Part shown: positions 24,214-24,610 of the stretch, piece by piece | Layout of the letters: each line of letters opens with the position of its first letter | How positions within the stretch are numbered: the stretch's first letter is position 1 | DNA from: Patescibacteria group bacterium | Lineage (GTDB): Bacteria > Patescibacteriota > Patescibacteriia > UBA1558 > 2-01-FULL-52-15 | DNA length: 24,610 bases | Reading direction: 5' to 3' | Assembly (NCBI GenBank): GCA_038063795.1 | Contig: JBBTUM010000134.1 | Location: forward strand, 1-24,610 | Translations under genes and position numbers: made by a program | Notes under the pieces: model-generated | What the model was told of the DNA's origin: nothing | Database searches by the model: none | Seen by the model: the letters and a program-made list of their open reading frames with translations, nothing else

Positions 24214-24362
24214 ATGTTCATAAGGCTGGCCTGCCCTGCACTTGAAGCGTAGCGAATAGTGCGGGGTCGCCGGTGGGCTTGAACGCTGAAGCGAGTGTGA
24301 ATCGCGCGGGCATCATGATTCACCAAGAATAGCAGATTCTATACGTACCGCAAATGAACCCG

Positions 24363-24384
24363 ATTTCGCCCTTAAGGGCGAAAT
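24363..24384. repeat. Perfect 22-bp palindrome upstream of uvrB
   Basis: ATTTCGCCCTTAAGGGCGAAAT, with imperfect extension CCG/CGG. Confidence 0.7.
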
Positions 24385-24497
24385 ATCGGGGCGGGTTTGT
24401 TACGAGATGAGTCGGCTCCGCCGACATATATTTTCAAAGCCCTTCATCCCCGCGCTTAAAAGCACGGGGTACTCGGGCGAACGTAATAACAACAAAA

Positions 24498-24545
24498 GCA
24501 TAAAATCCTAAAAACGAAACAATATCTAAACTCTAACATCGAAAC
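24498..24545 (+). repeat. Second (half) copy of the AT-rich repeat seen at 17796
   Basis: GCATAAAATCCTAAA....AAACAATATCTAAA..GAAAC shared with 17791-17853. Confidence 0.65.
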
Positions 24546-24610
24546 ATTTTTACAGCGTCGAGCAGAGCCTATCTCAAAAGCATCCCTCGTCATTCCGGCC
24601 TTCCCGCCTG

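Overview
Mostly housekeeping window from a bacterium that looks like Patescibacteria/CPR. This is an inference from the TrmB-type regulator, CPR-style 3D-domain protein, shortened SMC, SD-poor genes and small fusions; TGA and TAG both act as stops, so the standard code applies. Core genes: a two-domain GH130 glycosidase running off the left edge (missed by the ORF track), tRNA-Glu, hsp20/DUF3006-like/TrmB operon, rpmF, nusB-Nudix fusion, rnc, smc, two exported hypotheticals, a 3D-domain protein, an Fn3 protein, tRNA-Cys, polA, holA, rpsT, a VUT queuosine-precursor transporter, a cytidylyltransferase-TruB fusion, a Phd/RelE toxin-antitoxin pair, an orphan and uvrB. The most unusual part is an accessory block at about 3690-7190. 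Three near-consensus sigma70 promoters drive (i) a leftward structured transcript with two SD-led tripeptide mini-ORFs (M-G-H-stop, M-G-D-stop), (ii) a rightward polycistron of six small orphan ORFs, most with strong SDs and preceded by long hairpin-rich spacers sharing a GYA-ACYU/AGGU hairpin, and (iii) a convergent ~185-nt rod-like RNA candidate. A second surprise is a diverged orphan copy of the uvrB 3' end at 21649-21729, which marks an insertion into the end of uvrB. All RNA structures were paired by eye and not computed.
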